The notes beneath the pieces are model-generated. The model was given only the letters and a program-made list of their open reading frames with translations, did not search any database and was not told the DNA's origin. A stretch of DNA of 64,000 bases. It comes from a virus. The translations under genes and the position numbers were made by a program. Shown in pieces: positions 9,231-18,959 of the stretch (position 1 is its first letter; the number at the start of each line of letters is the position of its first letter). Location: positions 3,238 through 67,237 of IMG/VR virus record IMGVR_UViG_2531839741_000003; one strand, 5' to 3'.

Positions 9231-10343
9231 GAAAGATATTAAGAGGATTTAAAACAAATATTTATCCAACAAAAGAGCAAGAAGATATTCTTTTTGCATA
9301 TTGTGAATACGCTCATAAAATGAGAAATTTTTTAGTAGAGAAATTCAAAGATAATCTACCTAAAGTGGGACCTTATGGAATTATTGGGTACAATGAGAAA
9401 AAATTATTAGAAGAATTTAGTGAGAGAGAAATTCCTAGAATTCCCTTACCGCATCTTTTATTAAAAGGAGTAATAAGAGGATATGCAACTTCCGTTAGAA
9501 AAACATATAAGAAGCTTGCACGCCCACCCAAATTTCACAAATATATTGCAAACAAACAGTCTTTTTATATTCCAAAAGATTATTCTATCATATCTAATAC
9601 AATAGTTTTACCTCTCAAGAGAAACACTTGATCCAAAAATATCAAGAATTAAAGCTGAAAGAGTTTATCTTGAAAAATTTAGTATTACTCAAGTAAAAGA
9701 ACCTAGATATACTTATCAAAATGGGAAATGGTATATTTCAGGTTGCTATGAGGATGGTATTACTCCACAAAAGAAAGAAACAACTTTTGTAGGTCTTGAT
9801 TGGGGGATTAAAAATTTTATGACAACCTCATAGGGGGAGTTGATAAATTATCCAGATAGTGTAATTAGAGAATATGAACGGATTAAAAAATTAATATCTA
9901 TTAGAGATAAAAAAGATAAAGGTTCAAATAATTACCTAAAAATTGATAATAAAATAAATGAAGCTTGGGAAAGATTTGATAACTTAAAAAGAGATTTTAT
10001 TGAGCAGATTACAAATAAATTATGTAAAAATTATAATATTGCAGTTGAAGACTTAACTGATGCAAAAATATTAAAATCAACTAAAAATAGGAGACGTTTA
10101 AGACTTATAGCACCAAGATATCTTTTTATTGAAAAAGCAAAATGGAAATGTCAAAAATATGGTACGCAATTTGTTGAAGTTAATCCAGCATATACTTCTA
10201 GAACTTGCAGTAAATGTGGAAAAGTTAAAGAGAATCTATCATTACAAGATAGAATTTTTAAATGTGAATGTGGATTTGAATTAGACCGAGATATAAATGC
10301 GGCAATTAATATTGCTGCAAGGGGAGCCTGTGAAGCCCTTTAA
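9227..10343 (+). mobile_element. tnpB: IS200/IS605-type TnpB, frameshifted near 9612-9630, with one in-frame TAG; no tnpA nearby
   Basis: N-terminal IYPTKEQ; RuvC motifs VGLDWG, IAVEDL, DRDINAAINI; Zn finger CSKCG/CECG; the 9227 and 9840 ORFs join via a +1 shift and TAG 9831-9833. Confidence 0.85.
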
Positions 10344-10392
10344 AACCACAACATGGTTAATCAAAATGATATCACAGCAAGCGGTAAGACGT

Positions 10393-10658
10393 TGGGAAGT
10401 AGACGAATAGGTACAGTCAGCGGTCCCTAAAACCGTGTGTTAAGGGTTCAAGTTTGGACCCAATAATAAGCGATTATTATTGAAAAGCTATTGAATTGCT
10501 GGAAACTTTACAAAGTAATCAGCAGCGAATTAATACGTTCAACGATTATTCTAATTGAAGTACAGCTTTGCTGGAAGCAATAGCCACCTCAAGCAGGTGA
10601 TGATATAATCTATTTTATATTTATTCTAAATATAAAGCGAACCCCTTCTTCCCATCCA
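10393..10658 (+). tRNA. amber suppressor tRNA (anticodon CTA, probably Gln); exons 10393-10448 and 10638-10658
   Basis: Spliced form: acceptor TGGGAAG/CTTCCCA, D-arm GAC/GTC with GG, GCGGT-CCCTAAA-ACCGT, T-arm AAGGG-TT|CGAAC-CCCTT, T-CCA. Confidence 0.9.
10449..10637 (+). ncRNA. group I intron (IA-like), ORF-less, in the tRNA T-loop
   Basis: P1 GGGTTC/GGACCC with U-G at the splice site; P3 GCTATTG/CAATAGC; P4 TGCTG/CAGCA; GTTCAACGATTA and GATATAATC (P7); P8 CACCT/AGGTG; terminal G 10637. Confidence 0.88.
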
Positions 10659-10661
10659 AAA

Positions 10662-10700
10662 TGAAAATAGCCTCGTCATTTACAGACGGGGCTTATTTTT
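10662..10700 (+). terminator. probable intrinsic terminator after the suppressor tRNA
   Basis: AGCCTCGTC-atttaca-GACGGGGCT hairpin followed by a T-rich run. Confidence 0.65.
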
Positions 10701-10786
10701 TACTCTTATTAAAGTTTGACTTTTATAAAAATTTATGATATAATATATATAGAAGGTAAGGGAAAGAGAACCGAAAGGAGTTTATT

Positions 10787-11143
10787 ATGAGTTACATGAG
10801 AAGTATAGATGGATGGGCAGACAATGTTTATGCTGAAAAATATAAAGCTATGGGATTGGACTTGTCCATTACAGTAAAAGATTTAATGAATATTTTTGAT
10901 GATTGGAATTTGGGTGTAGATGGAGTTAGCTTTTATAATGGCGATAGAAAAATATTCTCAAAGACGGTTAGAACAAATCATAAATGGAATGCTGAAACAA
11001 TGGATTGGGATACAGAAGAACCGATTCCATGGAAAGAATTGATTAAAACAGTAGATGAGAAGGATCTGAAAAAGAAGGTCTATAGAGCAGAAGAAGATTG
11101 TTTTCCAGACGGAAGTAATTGGTTAAGCATTTACACCAATTGA
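10787..11143 (+). CDS. hypothetical protein
   Basis: Promoter plus AAGGAG RBS. Confidence 0.7.
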   Translation: MSYMRSIDGWADNVYAEKYKAMGLDLSITVKDLMNIFDDWNLGVDGVSFYNGDRKIFSKTVRTNHKWNAETMDWDTEEPIPWKELIKTVDEKDLKKKVYRAEEDCFPDGSNWLSIYTN

Positions 11144-11154
11144 AAGGAGATACT

Positions 11155-11331
11155 ATGAAACTCATAAAATCAATTCCTTATATACTTTGCTTCGCCGCCA
11201 TTCTCTATATGGGTTTTTCCTATATTGATGTTGTAACTCATAATGAGCCAATGAGCGAACACTATGGAGAATATTCAGATTATAATTTCTTTGTCCTCTA
11301 TACTGATTTGCTTGGTGATGCTAATGACTAA
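11155..11331 (+). CDS. small membrane protein
   Basis: ATG after AAAGGAG; hydrophobic N-terminus. Confidence 0.55.
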   Translation: MKLIKSIPYILCFAAILYMGFSYIDVVTHNEPMSEHYGEYSDYNFFVLYTDLLGDAND

Positions 11332-11737
11332 GAATTTACTGCGGCGGCTTGAAGTATTCTATGATGATATTGGGGATGAATGTCCCTATAGAACAAAAAC
11401 AGTAGCTTTTTTAATTAGACAAAATAAGATAATTGCTTTTGGCGTTAATTCATTTAAGACAGATCCAAAGCAAAGGAAATGGCAACGCAGATGTTACTAT
11501 AAAGAATATGATAATTATATTTACAATCGCCGCCACGCTGAAATTGATTGTATTGCAAGGACGCCGCATGATACTGATTTCTCAAAGTGTGAGATGGTAG
11601 TTCTTTCAAAAAAGAAAGATAATAGCTTTCGTCTTGCAAAACCTTGTCCAGCTTGTATGGCGGCGATTCAAAACAAGAAGATAAAAAGAATTTGGTTTTC
11701 GACATACGATAATGATGTTATTGAGAGGAGTTTATAA
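11318..11737 (+). CDS. cytidine/deoxycytidylate deaminase-family protein
   Basis: HAE...KPCPAC zinc motif. Confidence 0.8.
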   Translation: MLMTKNLLRRLEVFYDDIGDECPYRTKTVAFLIRQNKIIAFGVNSFKTDPKQRKWQRRCYYKEYDNYIYNRRHAEIDCIARTPHDTDFSKCEMVVLSKKKDNSFRLAKPCPACMAAIQNKKIKRIWFSTYDNDVIERSL

Positions 11738-12024
11738 TGGGAATAGTTTGGTTTCTTTGGGGATTGATTGTTGGTGCGCCGTTTGGTATTCTTATGATTG
11801 CAATGTTAAGTGCAGGGCGGCAAGATGATGAAGCACATGGAAGATTAGAAGGAGATGAGAGTGAAGAATGATTTAGCTTTCAGCTTATAACGATTGAAAG
11901 GAGGTATCACGATGCAAATTTTATGGTTTATTTTAGGAAGTCTTTTTGGTGCGTGCTTGGGAAAAATACTTGCACACGTATTTAATCAGCGAGATAATAA
12001 AAAGCAAAGGAAGGAAGATAAAGA

Positions 12025-12246
12025 ATGATGTGGATGTTTCTTTTGGCGGCAGTATTGAATGTTGCTGTTGCAGTATTTATTTTTGAAGATTTTCTTCAGG
12101 ACGAGCATTGGGGAACGAAGCTATTATCTTTATTCTTTTGCATTGTATTGTTACTAGGAGTTTTTTCGTTCCTAACTGAATTCAGTCAAAAATTGGCGGC
12201 GAAGCAATACACTTCTATTGAAATTTCTACTGATAGAGAAGTTTGA
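12025..12246 (+). CDS. small membrane protein
   Basis: Two hydrophobic segments. Confidence 0.55.
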   Translation: MMWMFLLAAVLNVAVAVFIFEDFLQDEHWGTKLLSLFFCIVLLLGVFSFLTEFSQKLAAKQYTSIEISTDREV

Positions 12247-12319
12247 CTTTTATAGAAAATTATGATATAATAAATATAGAAGATAAGGAAAAGAGCTTAA
12301 ATTCTGAAAGGAGTTTACT

Positions 12320-12631
12320 ATGATTGAATTGAGAAATGATTGCGTTGGTTGCGAAACTTGTTACGGTTATTGCTCAAAGCGTGGTAATTATGAGGTTATT
12401 ATGTGTGATGATTGCGGCGAGGATGTCGAACGAGCAATTGTAATCAATGGTAAACAGTTTTGTGAGGAATGTGCAATTGAATACTTGCTTAATACTTATG
12501 GCGATCGTATTACTTTTGAAATGTTAAAACAATATGATTGTGAGTGTGTTGAGGATTTTTCTTATTTGGAACTTGATACAATTGCAAATGCTCTTGGCGT
12601 TCAATATGAGATCGAGGAGGTTGGAGAATAA
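12320..12631 (+). CDS. hypothetical Cys-rich (Zn-binding) protein
   Basis: Several CxxC pairs; promoter and RBS. Confidence 0.65.
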   Translation: MIELRNDCVGCETCYGYCSKRGNYEVIMCDDCGEDVERAIVINGKQFCEECAIEYLLNTYGDRITFEMLKQYDCECVEDFSYLELDTIANALGVQYEIEEVGE

Positions 12632-12915
12632 TGTATTTAATTACAAGCTGTGATTTTGCTTCTGGTGACGAAAGCTGTAGATTAACCGATTCTATTGAGT
12701 GGGCTTTTAGAATTTTTAGAGAAGAAACTGGTTCTATTTTTATTGATTTATTAGTTGATAATGACATGAAAACTAAAGAATCAATGACTGCATATTTTAG
12801 TGTCAATGGTGTAGAATACAGAGGAATCCCAGCTCCATCTGATAATATTAAAGAAATGTTTTTGTTAATAGATGGTTTATTTTCTGTTACGTTGAAAGAA
12901 ATCGAGGTAGAATAA
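12631..12915 (+). CDS. hypothetical protein
   Basis: Coupled TAATG junction. Confidence 0.6.
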   Translation: MYLITSCDFASGDESCRLTDSIEWAFRIFREETGSIFIDLLVDNDMKTKESMTAYFSVNGVEYRGIPAPSDNIKEMFLLIDGLFSVTLKEIEVE

Positions 12916-12916
12916 T

Positions 12917-13363
12917 ATGGCATACTCAAGGCAATTGAAATTTGAAACTGAATTATTAAAAAAGTATGAGGATGGAGAAAGACTTTATGCAGCTCAAGTC
13001 TATGGGAAACTCTATCATGGATTCAATTGTATTCTTATGAGATTCGACAAAGAACCTTATCTGAATAATGATCTATATGAAGACACAGCAATAACAATGC
13101 AAGGTTTAGAGGAATATAGTGAATTTGAAGGTACTCCAGTTGAAGAAGAAGTAACTTATATGACTAAGAAAATTAAAGTTCTAAACTTTGGCGGGCAGCG
13201 TTATCTCCAAAAGAAATTCGTTGATTACTTTAAGTTTGGAAGAAATTATCAAGTTAAGTTTTATGTTCCAAAAAATAACGCACCAATTCTATTATTTGAT
13301 ACGAATAGTGCAATTCCAGATGGAATTATTGCTCAGTTTAAGCGGAGGGATCAGGATGAATAA
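12917..13363 (+). CDS. hypothetical protein
   Basis: ORF in operon. Confidence 0.6.
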   Translation: MAYSRQLKFETELLKKYEDGERLYAAQVYGKLYHGFNCILMRFDKEPYLNNDLYEDTAITMQGLEEYSEFEGTPVEEEVTYMTKKIKVLNFGGQRYLQKKFVDYFKFGRNYQVKFYVPKNNAPILLFDTNSAIPDGIIAQFKRRDQDE

Positions 13364-13649
13364 AGAAGATTTTGTTAGCTTTATGAATAGATTTATGGGA
13401 AAGCGAGAGGAAGTTGAAGAATTTTATCAAGATTTGGATCAGTGTTTTGGCGGCATTGATAGAGTGATTGAGAATTCTTATATGATGGAAGTTATTGATC
13501 TGCTTGTACTAGTTCTTGATGATAAGAATGGGTGGCTCGATTGGTTCCTTTTTGAGCAAGATGGCAAATTCGGCGGCAAGTATTGGTGTGACGGACAGGA
13601 ATGTGTGCTTTCGTCTTACGGAGAGCTATATGATATTATAAAGGCTTAA
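13356..13649 (+). CDS. hypothetical protein
   Basis: ATG 13356 after GGAGG. Confidence 0.6.
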   Translation: MNKEDFVSFMNRFMGKREEVEEFYQDLDQCFGGIDRVIENSYMMEVIDLLVLVLDDKNGWLDWFLFEQDGKFGGKYWCDGQECVLSSYGELYDIIKA

Positions 13650-13727
13650 AAACTTTACTTTCAAATAAAATTATGATATAATATATATAGAAGGTAAGGA
13701 AAAGAGAACTTGTAAAGGAGCTTAAAT

Positions 13728-14114
13728 ATGTATAGAGTAGAAACTTTTGGAATATCTGATGACGGTCAAATGACGATGGGTAACACGATTTATGGATTTA
13801 AGACTTTGAGAGCTGTTTATGAATGTCTTCTCAATGAAACTGATATGTACACTCTTTACAATGATGATGCTGAGGAAGGCTACGATATCAACCTGCCAGG
13901 CATTGGCTATGTAAATGCAGCTACAATTGCAAAGCGGCTGTTTCCAGAAGAATATAATGCTTATTGTGATAAAATCTATACTGCTCTTGCAGAAGAAGCT
14001 CAATTATTCTTTAATGATTTTGCAGCCGATGAAATTCTTCAGGCTCAAGGTGAAGGATATTTGAATCGGTTTCCAAGTAGAAAAGGCGGCTTTGTAATTT
14101 ATCAGGAGGATTGA
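13728..14114 (+). CDS. hypothetical protein, possibly a distant relative of 15093 and 15431
   Basis: Promoter, RBS; DINLPGIGYVNAATIAK..FPEEY resembles EVDVCGMKYCASRVLKELDPIAY. Confidence 0.6.
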   Translation: MYRVETFGISDDGQMTMGNTIYGFKTLRAVYECLLNETDMYTLYNDDAEEGYDINLPGIGYVNAATIAKRLFPEEYNAYCDKIYTALAEEAQLFFNDFAADEILQAQGEGYLNRFPSRKGGFVIYQED

Positions 14115-14118
14115 ACAT

Positions 14119-14385
14119 ATGATAGGACGTATTATGGCATATTATGAAAATCCAGATAGTACTGTAGTAACAGGAGCAATTCTTCCAGTAACATATGAAA
14201 ACAATTTCAAATCTGCTTGCGCCGCCACCTTGTTTAGATGGGGTGAAAGTGAAGCTCTGAAAGCCTTTGAGGATGAATATGGGCTTGAAGATGGCGACTA
14301 TGATTCTAGAGAATATGAAAAAGAGTTTAGAGATTATCAGTGTAGGAGTGAATGTTCCTATGAAGTGTTGGAGGATGGGACATGA
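14119..14385 (+). CDS. hypothetical protein
   Basis: AGGAGG RBS. Confidence 0.6.
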   Translation: MIGRIMAYYENPDSTVVTGAILPVTYENNFKSACAATLFRWGESEALKAFEDEYGLEDGDYDSREYEKEFRDYQCRSECSYEVLEDGT

Positions 14386-14996
14386 GGGATTTAATTTATC
14401 CAGCAATGGGTGCTAGTAATCATAGTAAAGAAGAGAGAGCGGAACTAGATTACTATGCTACTGATCCAATTGCAGTTAAAGAGCTACTAGAACTCCATCC
14501 TGAGCTTGTAAATCCTGATTGGAAATACTTAGATTGTTGTGCTGGCGGCGGCGCAATTATGGATGCGTTTTATGAGATTACGGGGATTCAAATGAATGGA
14601 ATTGATATTATGCCACGCCGCCAAGACATTATTGTTGATAGCTATATGAATGTTGATTGTAAAGATAAATACAATTGTATTATAACCAACTTTCCATATG
14701 GCGAAGCAACAAAGTCCAATCCTGTTGGGTTTAGTGAGTTGTTGATTAAATTAATTGAAGATGTAAAGGACGGGGGCTATGTTTGCAGTTTTCAGAAACT
14801 TCTTCAATTGGAATCAGCTAAACGCTATCAAAAGATTTATTCAAAGTATAAGCCACAATATGTTTATGTCTATGCTTCTCGCCGCAATTGTTATAAGAAT
14901 GGAGATACCGCTCAAAAGCAATCAGCGGTATGCTATACTTGGACAATTTTTCATAAAGGATATGGCGGCGAAACAATATTGAGATGGATTCCTTAA
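14382..14996 (+). CDS. small SAM-dependent amino-DNA methyltransferase
   Basis: DYYATDP, DCCAGGG, DI, TNFPY (NPPY-like). Confidence 0.8.
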   Translation: MRDLIYPAMGASNHSKEERAELDYYATDPIAVKELLELHPELVNPDWKYLDCCAGGGAIMDAFYEITGIQMNGIDIMPRRQDIIVDSYMNVDCKDKYNCIITNFPYGEATKSNPVGFSELLIKLIEDVKDGGYVCSFQKLLQLESAKRYQKIYSKYKPQYVYVYASRRNCYKNGDTAQKQSAVCYTWTIFHKGYGGETILRWIP

Positions 14997-15092
14997 ATTT
15001 TATTGCTATAAAAACTTTACTTCTATAGAAATTTATGATATAATATATATAGAAGGTAAGGGAAAAGAACCAAATTCGAAAGGAGCTTAATT

Positions 15093-15434
15093 ATGAATGG
15101 AGTAAGAGTTTCTTATGTAGCAAATGGACAGTTGATTGAAGAGGAATATCGTTATCTCGTTGACTTTCTTAATGACGTAGTTAAGGATGATTATGTTGAT
15201 GATACGATTGATGAAACTAATCCAGAAGTTGATGTTTGCGGTATGAAGTATTGTGCTTCTCGTGTACTGAAAGAGCTTGACCCAATTGCATACAGCATGG
15301 TTCGTGATGATGTTATCAATATGATTGCCGAAGATATTGAGTATGAATTGAATCATTACAGTGATGTAGAAGAATTTGAAGGTTATAAAATTACGCCAAT
15401 TGATAGCGATTACGATGCTGATGAAGAGAATTGA
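15093..15434 (+). CDS. hypothetical acidic protein, tandem paralog 1
   Basis: Similar to 15431-15763 (DDYVDDTIDE versus EDYIDSCIDE; ASRVLKELDPIAY versus ASVVLKSVDSVAY). Confidence 0.7.
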   Translation: MNGVRVSYVANGQLIEEEYRYLVDFLNDVVKDDYVDDTIDETNPEVDVCGMKYCASRVLKELDPIAYSMVRDDVINMIAEDIEYELNHYSDVEEFEGYKITPIDSDYDADEEN

Positions 15435-15763
15435 GGAGGAATTTTATGTATAAGGTAAGTTTTAAGATTAATGGAGAAGATTATGTTGAAGATTTTTCTT
15501 CAATTGAGGACATTGTAAATGATTTTGTTACTGAAGATTATATCGACAGTTGTATTGACGAAGTCTGTGACAGCATTGAAATGTTCGGGTTTGAATATCT
15601 AGCATCAGTGGTTCTTAAGAGTGTTGATTCGGTGGCATATCGAGCTGTCTATGAGGAATATATCAAGGCAATTATTGATGATTTGAAGTATGAGATTATC
15701 GAGGGAGAAATGAAAACTCCTATAGTTTTCCTTGATACGTATACAATTACGCCTATTGTCTAA
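15431..15763 (+). CDS. hypothetical acidic protein, tandem paralog 2
   Basis: See paralog 1. Confidence 0.7.
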   Translation: MRRNFMYKVSFKINGEDYVEDFSSIEDIVNDFVTEDYIDSCIDEVCDSIEMFGFEYLASVVLKSVDSVAYRAVYEEYIKAIIDDLKYEIIEGEMKTPIVFLDTYTITPIV

Positions 15764-15914
15764 AGGAGTGATGCTCAGTGAAGTACATTAGAATTTTTGA
15801 CAATTTGAAAGATGCAGAAATTTTTGCCGCTCAACACAATTCAAGAGCTGTTTTAAGATATGAGTGGGACGATATCTATGGACTTATTGAGCTATATGAG
15901 GTGCAGTTTACATA

Positions 15915-16157
15915 ATGTTTAGAGTACTGATTTCTTATCCAGAAGAATATACAAGAGAATCATTAACAGTTCCTCTTGGACCATATGAAACTTTAGAAGA
16001 GTTCTTTGATGAGTATTTAAATGATCAAGCCTTTCCACAAGATAAAGAACTATTTATTGACAATACAAAATCAATGTTCAAAGAAGCTCTTAGAACAGGA
16101 AAATGGGTTGACATTCTTCCTGAAACTGAATATATATTTCGCTTTGTACGTACATGA
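15915..16157 (+). CDS. hypothetical protein
   Basis: GAGGTG RBS. Confidence 0.55.
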   Translation: MFRVLISYPEEYTRESLTVPLGPYETLEEFFDEYLNDQAFPQDKELFIDNTKSMFKEALRTGKWVDILPETEYIFRFVRT

Positions 16158-16170
16158 AAGGAGCGTTCAT

Positions 16171-16401
16171 ATGTTTATCAGAATTCAATTCAAAAATAAA
16201 GACCTTAAGTTTATTGGTAAGCTTTATGATTACAAGCTTACTGATGACGTTGCGCCGCCGCCAGTAGGTAGTATCATTCGTATGGAATATGACGATGGTA
16301 CGGCGGCAGCTCATCACACGAGAGTTAAGGTTGTTGATGTGATTGATAGCTCTGATAAGGCATATGGACGCTCTGTTTGTTATACTATGGCGGCACTATA
16401 A
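16171..16401 (+). CDS. hypothetical protein
   Basis: ATG 16171 after AAGGAG. Confidence 0.55.
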   Translation: MFIRIQFKNKDLKFIGKLYDYKLTDDVAPPPVGSIIRMEYDDGTAAAHHTRVKVVDVIDSSDKAYGRSVCYTMAAL

Positions 16402-16485
16402 AAATTGAATTGGGATAAAAACTTTACTTCTATAGAAAATTATGATATAATATATATAGAAACAAAGGGAAAGGAAGATTGATAA

Positions 16486-16956
16486 ATGACTAGAAAAGTG
16501 ATATTCGACTTGGATGGCACCGTTTATGACCTCTATAATGTTGAGGACTGGCTAGGTAAAATTCAAAGAGAAGAAGCTGGAGTATTTACTGAAGGTGATA
16601 TTCTTTTTGAGCTTGACGAATTCTATTCTACAATTGAAGAAATGCTAATGAATGGAATTGAATTCGGTGTAATTACTTGGCTGCCTGCTGGAGCTTCAAA
16701 AGAATATGAGGAAGTCTGCCGCAAGGAGAAACTAGAATTTATTAACAAATATCTCCCCTTTGTAAGTGAAGTGTCAATTTGTTCCTATGGCATTCCTAAG
16801 CAAAACCTAATTAAAAAGCGGGCGGCGGCAATGTATTTGCTAGACGATAATAAGGATGTCTGTGAGATGTTCAATCAGGCAAAGAATTGTGTAGGGATTA
16901 ATGTTGAGGAAGGAAATCTTGTTCAAGTCCTGCGAAACCTAATGAAATTTGAATGA
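16486..16956 (+). CDS. HAD-superfamily phosphatase (5'-nucleotidase-like)
   Basis: IFDLDGT motif I, ITW, LLDD. Confidence 0.75.
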   Translation: MTRKVIFDLDGTVYDLYNVEDWLGKIQREEAGVFTEGDILFELDEFYSTIEEMLMNGIEFGVITWLPAGASKEYEEVCRKEKLEFINKYLPFVSEVSICSYGIPKQNLIKKRAAAMYLLDDNKDVCEMFNQAKNCVGINVEEGNLVQVLRNLMKFE

Positions 16957-17021
16957 GAATAAAAACTTTACTTTTATAAAAAATTATGTTATAATAAATA
17001 TAGAAAGTGAGGGAAAGATAA

Positions 17022-17249
17022 ATGATCGAGGTACTAAATAATTCAAATGGACGCCTGATGTATTATGACACAGTTTATGACTTCATGAGGACAGGACTTG
17101 ATAAGCAAGAATCGTTGCTAATTCGTAATCTGCTTATTGATATAGCTGAATACTTTGAGTATGAGCTTGAGCGGACTAGAGGTTCTGTAAGATTTTTCAA
17201 CTATGAGATTACAGATAGCAGCGAATATAATGATGAGGTTTCTGACTGA
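17022..17249 (+). CDS. hypothetical protein
   Basis: Promoter and RBS. Confidence 0.55.
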   Translation: MIEVLNNSNGRLMYYDTVYDFMRTGLDKQESLLIRNLLIDIAEYFEYELERTRGSVRFFNYEITDSSEYNDEVSD

Positions 17250-17864
17250 AAGGAGTTTATTATGAAAACTTATACAAATCGTTTTACAACTCGCAAAGAA
17301 GCAGCCGCATTCGCAAAGCTTAACGATGCTAAGGTTGAACTGTGTCCAGCAGTTGGAACTAATAGAGATGGATTCTTTAAGTTTCAAGTGATTACTGAAG
17401 GCAAAGGAAAATTTCACGCATAAAGAATCTTGACTTTTATAGAAATTTATGATATAATATATATAGAAGGTAAGGGAAAGAGAGTTGAAAGGAGTTTAGA
17501 ATGGATTTTGAATTGATTGATTATCTTATGGATTGGATTGAGGCAATGCCTGAAACATTTGATCTTGAGAATTGTGAAACTTATCTCGATTATCTGCAAT
17601 TGAATGAACTTAACTGAGGAGGGGTATTATGAATTTTGATATGAATGTTCAAGTTGAGGAATTCAGTCTTTGCGATTACTATGAGGAATATCTTGAACTC
17701 CTCGCCGCAGCAGAAAGCGAATAAAAATTGTAGAGCAAAAGAAATTTGACTTTAGATAAAAATTATGATATAATATATATAGAGATGAGGGGAAAAGACC
17801 TCATCTGAAAAACAAAAATCTAAAATGGTGCTTACTACCTAGTGTAAGAGAAAGAGAGTTTATT

Positions 17865-18194
17865 ATGACAAATCGTGAATTTTACAACGCTATTATCGAA
17901 GCTAATGTATCCGAAGAAATCACCTCTTATGCAACTGCTCAGATTGAAAAGCTGGATGAGTGTAATGCTCGCCGCCGCTCTAGCAAGTCGCCGAAGCAAA
18001 TTGAGTCGCTGGAATTGGCAGAACGCATTTATGAAGCCTTGACTTCTGAGCCGAAGACTGCAAAGGAAATCGCAAGTGAATTTGAAGTAACTCAGCAGAA
18101 GGTATCCGCAGTAGTTAAACTGCTGGAAGATCGAGTAGTAGTTACTGAAGTTAAGAACGGCAATCGTCTGGTAAAGGCTTACTCAGTAGCCTAA
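17865..18194 (+). CDS. small HTH-like protein, paralog of 29084-29425
   Basis: MTNREF...TAKEIASEFEVTQQKVSAVVK. Confidence 0.7.
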   Translation: MTNREFYNAIIEANVSEEITSYATAQIEKLDECNARRRSSKSPKQIESLELAERIYEALTSEPKTAKEIASEFEVTQQKVSAVVKLLEDRVVVTEVKNGNRLVKAYSVA

Positions 18195-18238
18195 AGGACA
18201 AAAGGAAGTAAAGGTTAAAGTTTGAAAGGAGAAAATAA

Positions 18239-18583
18239 ATGAATACATATAGTTTGAGTGGAGATATGAGTATCACCAAGATCAAGGCTGCTGTTAAAGA
18301 AGAGATTATGGAACGTATTATGGCGGCTCTTGCGGAAGAATTCACAGAAGACTCTGTAGGAATGGTTCGAGGTTCTAAAAAGAATGAGATTGGAGCAGTA
18401 GTTACAACTGTTGAGGTTGATGGCGAAGATGTTCCGATGTGTGTGACAATCAATGTTTCGGCAAAGGAATTCACACCTCATGTAAGTCCAAAGGGCAAGC
18501 ATTATGAGCCTTATGACTTCGCCGCAAGACGACAGGAATATGAGAATCATCAGAGAGAAAAGCAGTTGAATGCTAAGGCATAG
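18239..18583 (+). CDS. hypothetical protein, member of a 4-copy family
   Basis: Shares KNEI..V, KEF..VSPKGK.YEPY with 25326, 27095 and 29581; ends in TAG. Confidence 0.7.
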   Translation: MNTYSLSGDMSITKIKAAVKEEIMERIMAALAEEFTEDSVGMVRGSKKNEIGAVVTTVEVDGEDVPMCVTINVSAKEFTPHVSPKGKHYEPYDFAARRQEYENHQREKQLNAKA

Positions 18584-18634
18584 GGATTGGAAATATCAAC
18601 ACTATAGTAGCGGTGGTAATAACCGCCGTGAAAC

Positions 18635-18709
18635 GCCGAATTAGTTCAATGGAAAGAACACGAACCTTCTAAGTTTGAAATCTTAGTTCGATTCTAAGAT
18701 TCGGTGCCA
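18635..18709 (+). tRNA. tRNA-Arg(TCT)
   Basis: GCCGAAT/ATTCGGT, loop CTTCTAA, CCA. Confidence 0.93.
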
Positions 18710-18760
18710 CCAATATCAATTAAATACTTACTTTCTTACTGAGGGAGTTAATCCCTCTAT

Positions 18761-18836
<76 letters not shown>

Positions 18837-18885
18837 GCATCGGTCTGTGATAAGACTGTTAATTGAGGGAGTTAATCCCTCAACT

Positions 18886-18959
18886 ACTCGTATAGCTCAA
18901 TGGGAGAACAATCAGCTTATAACTGATAGACTCTGGATCGAAACCAGATACGAGTACCA
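18886..18959 (+). tRNA. tRNA-Ile(TAT)
   Basis: ACTCGTA/TACGAGT, ATCAG-CTTATAA-CTGAT, CCA. Confidence 0.9.

Noticed and set aside
10393-10658. Pyrrolysine tRNA, or TAG read as Trp
   Set aside because: It has a normal GG D-loop, 5-bp anticodon stem and TTCG T-loop, unlike tRNA-Pyl. The anticodon arm looks Trp-like and base 73 is U, but paralog columns show Gln at TAG sites.
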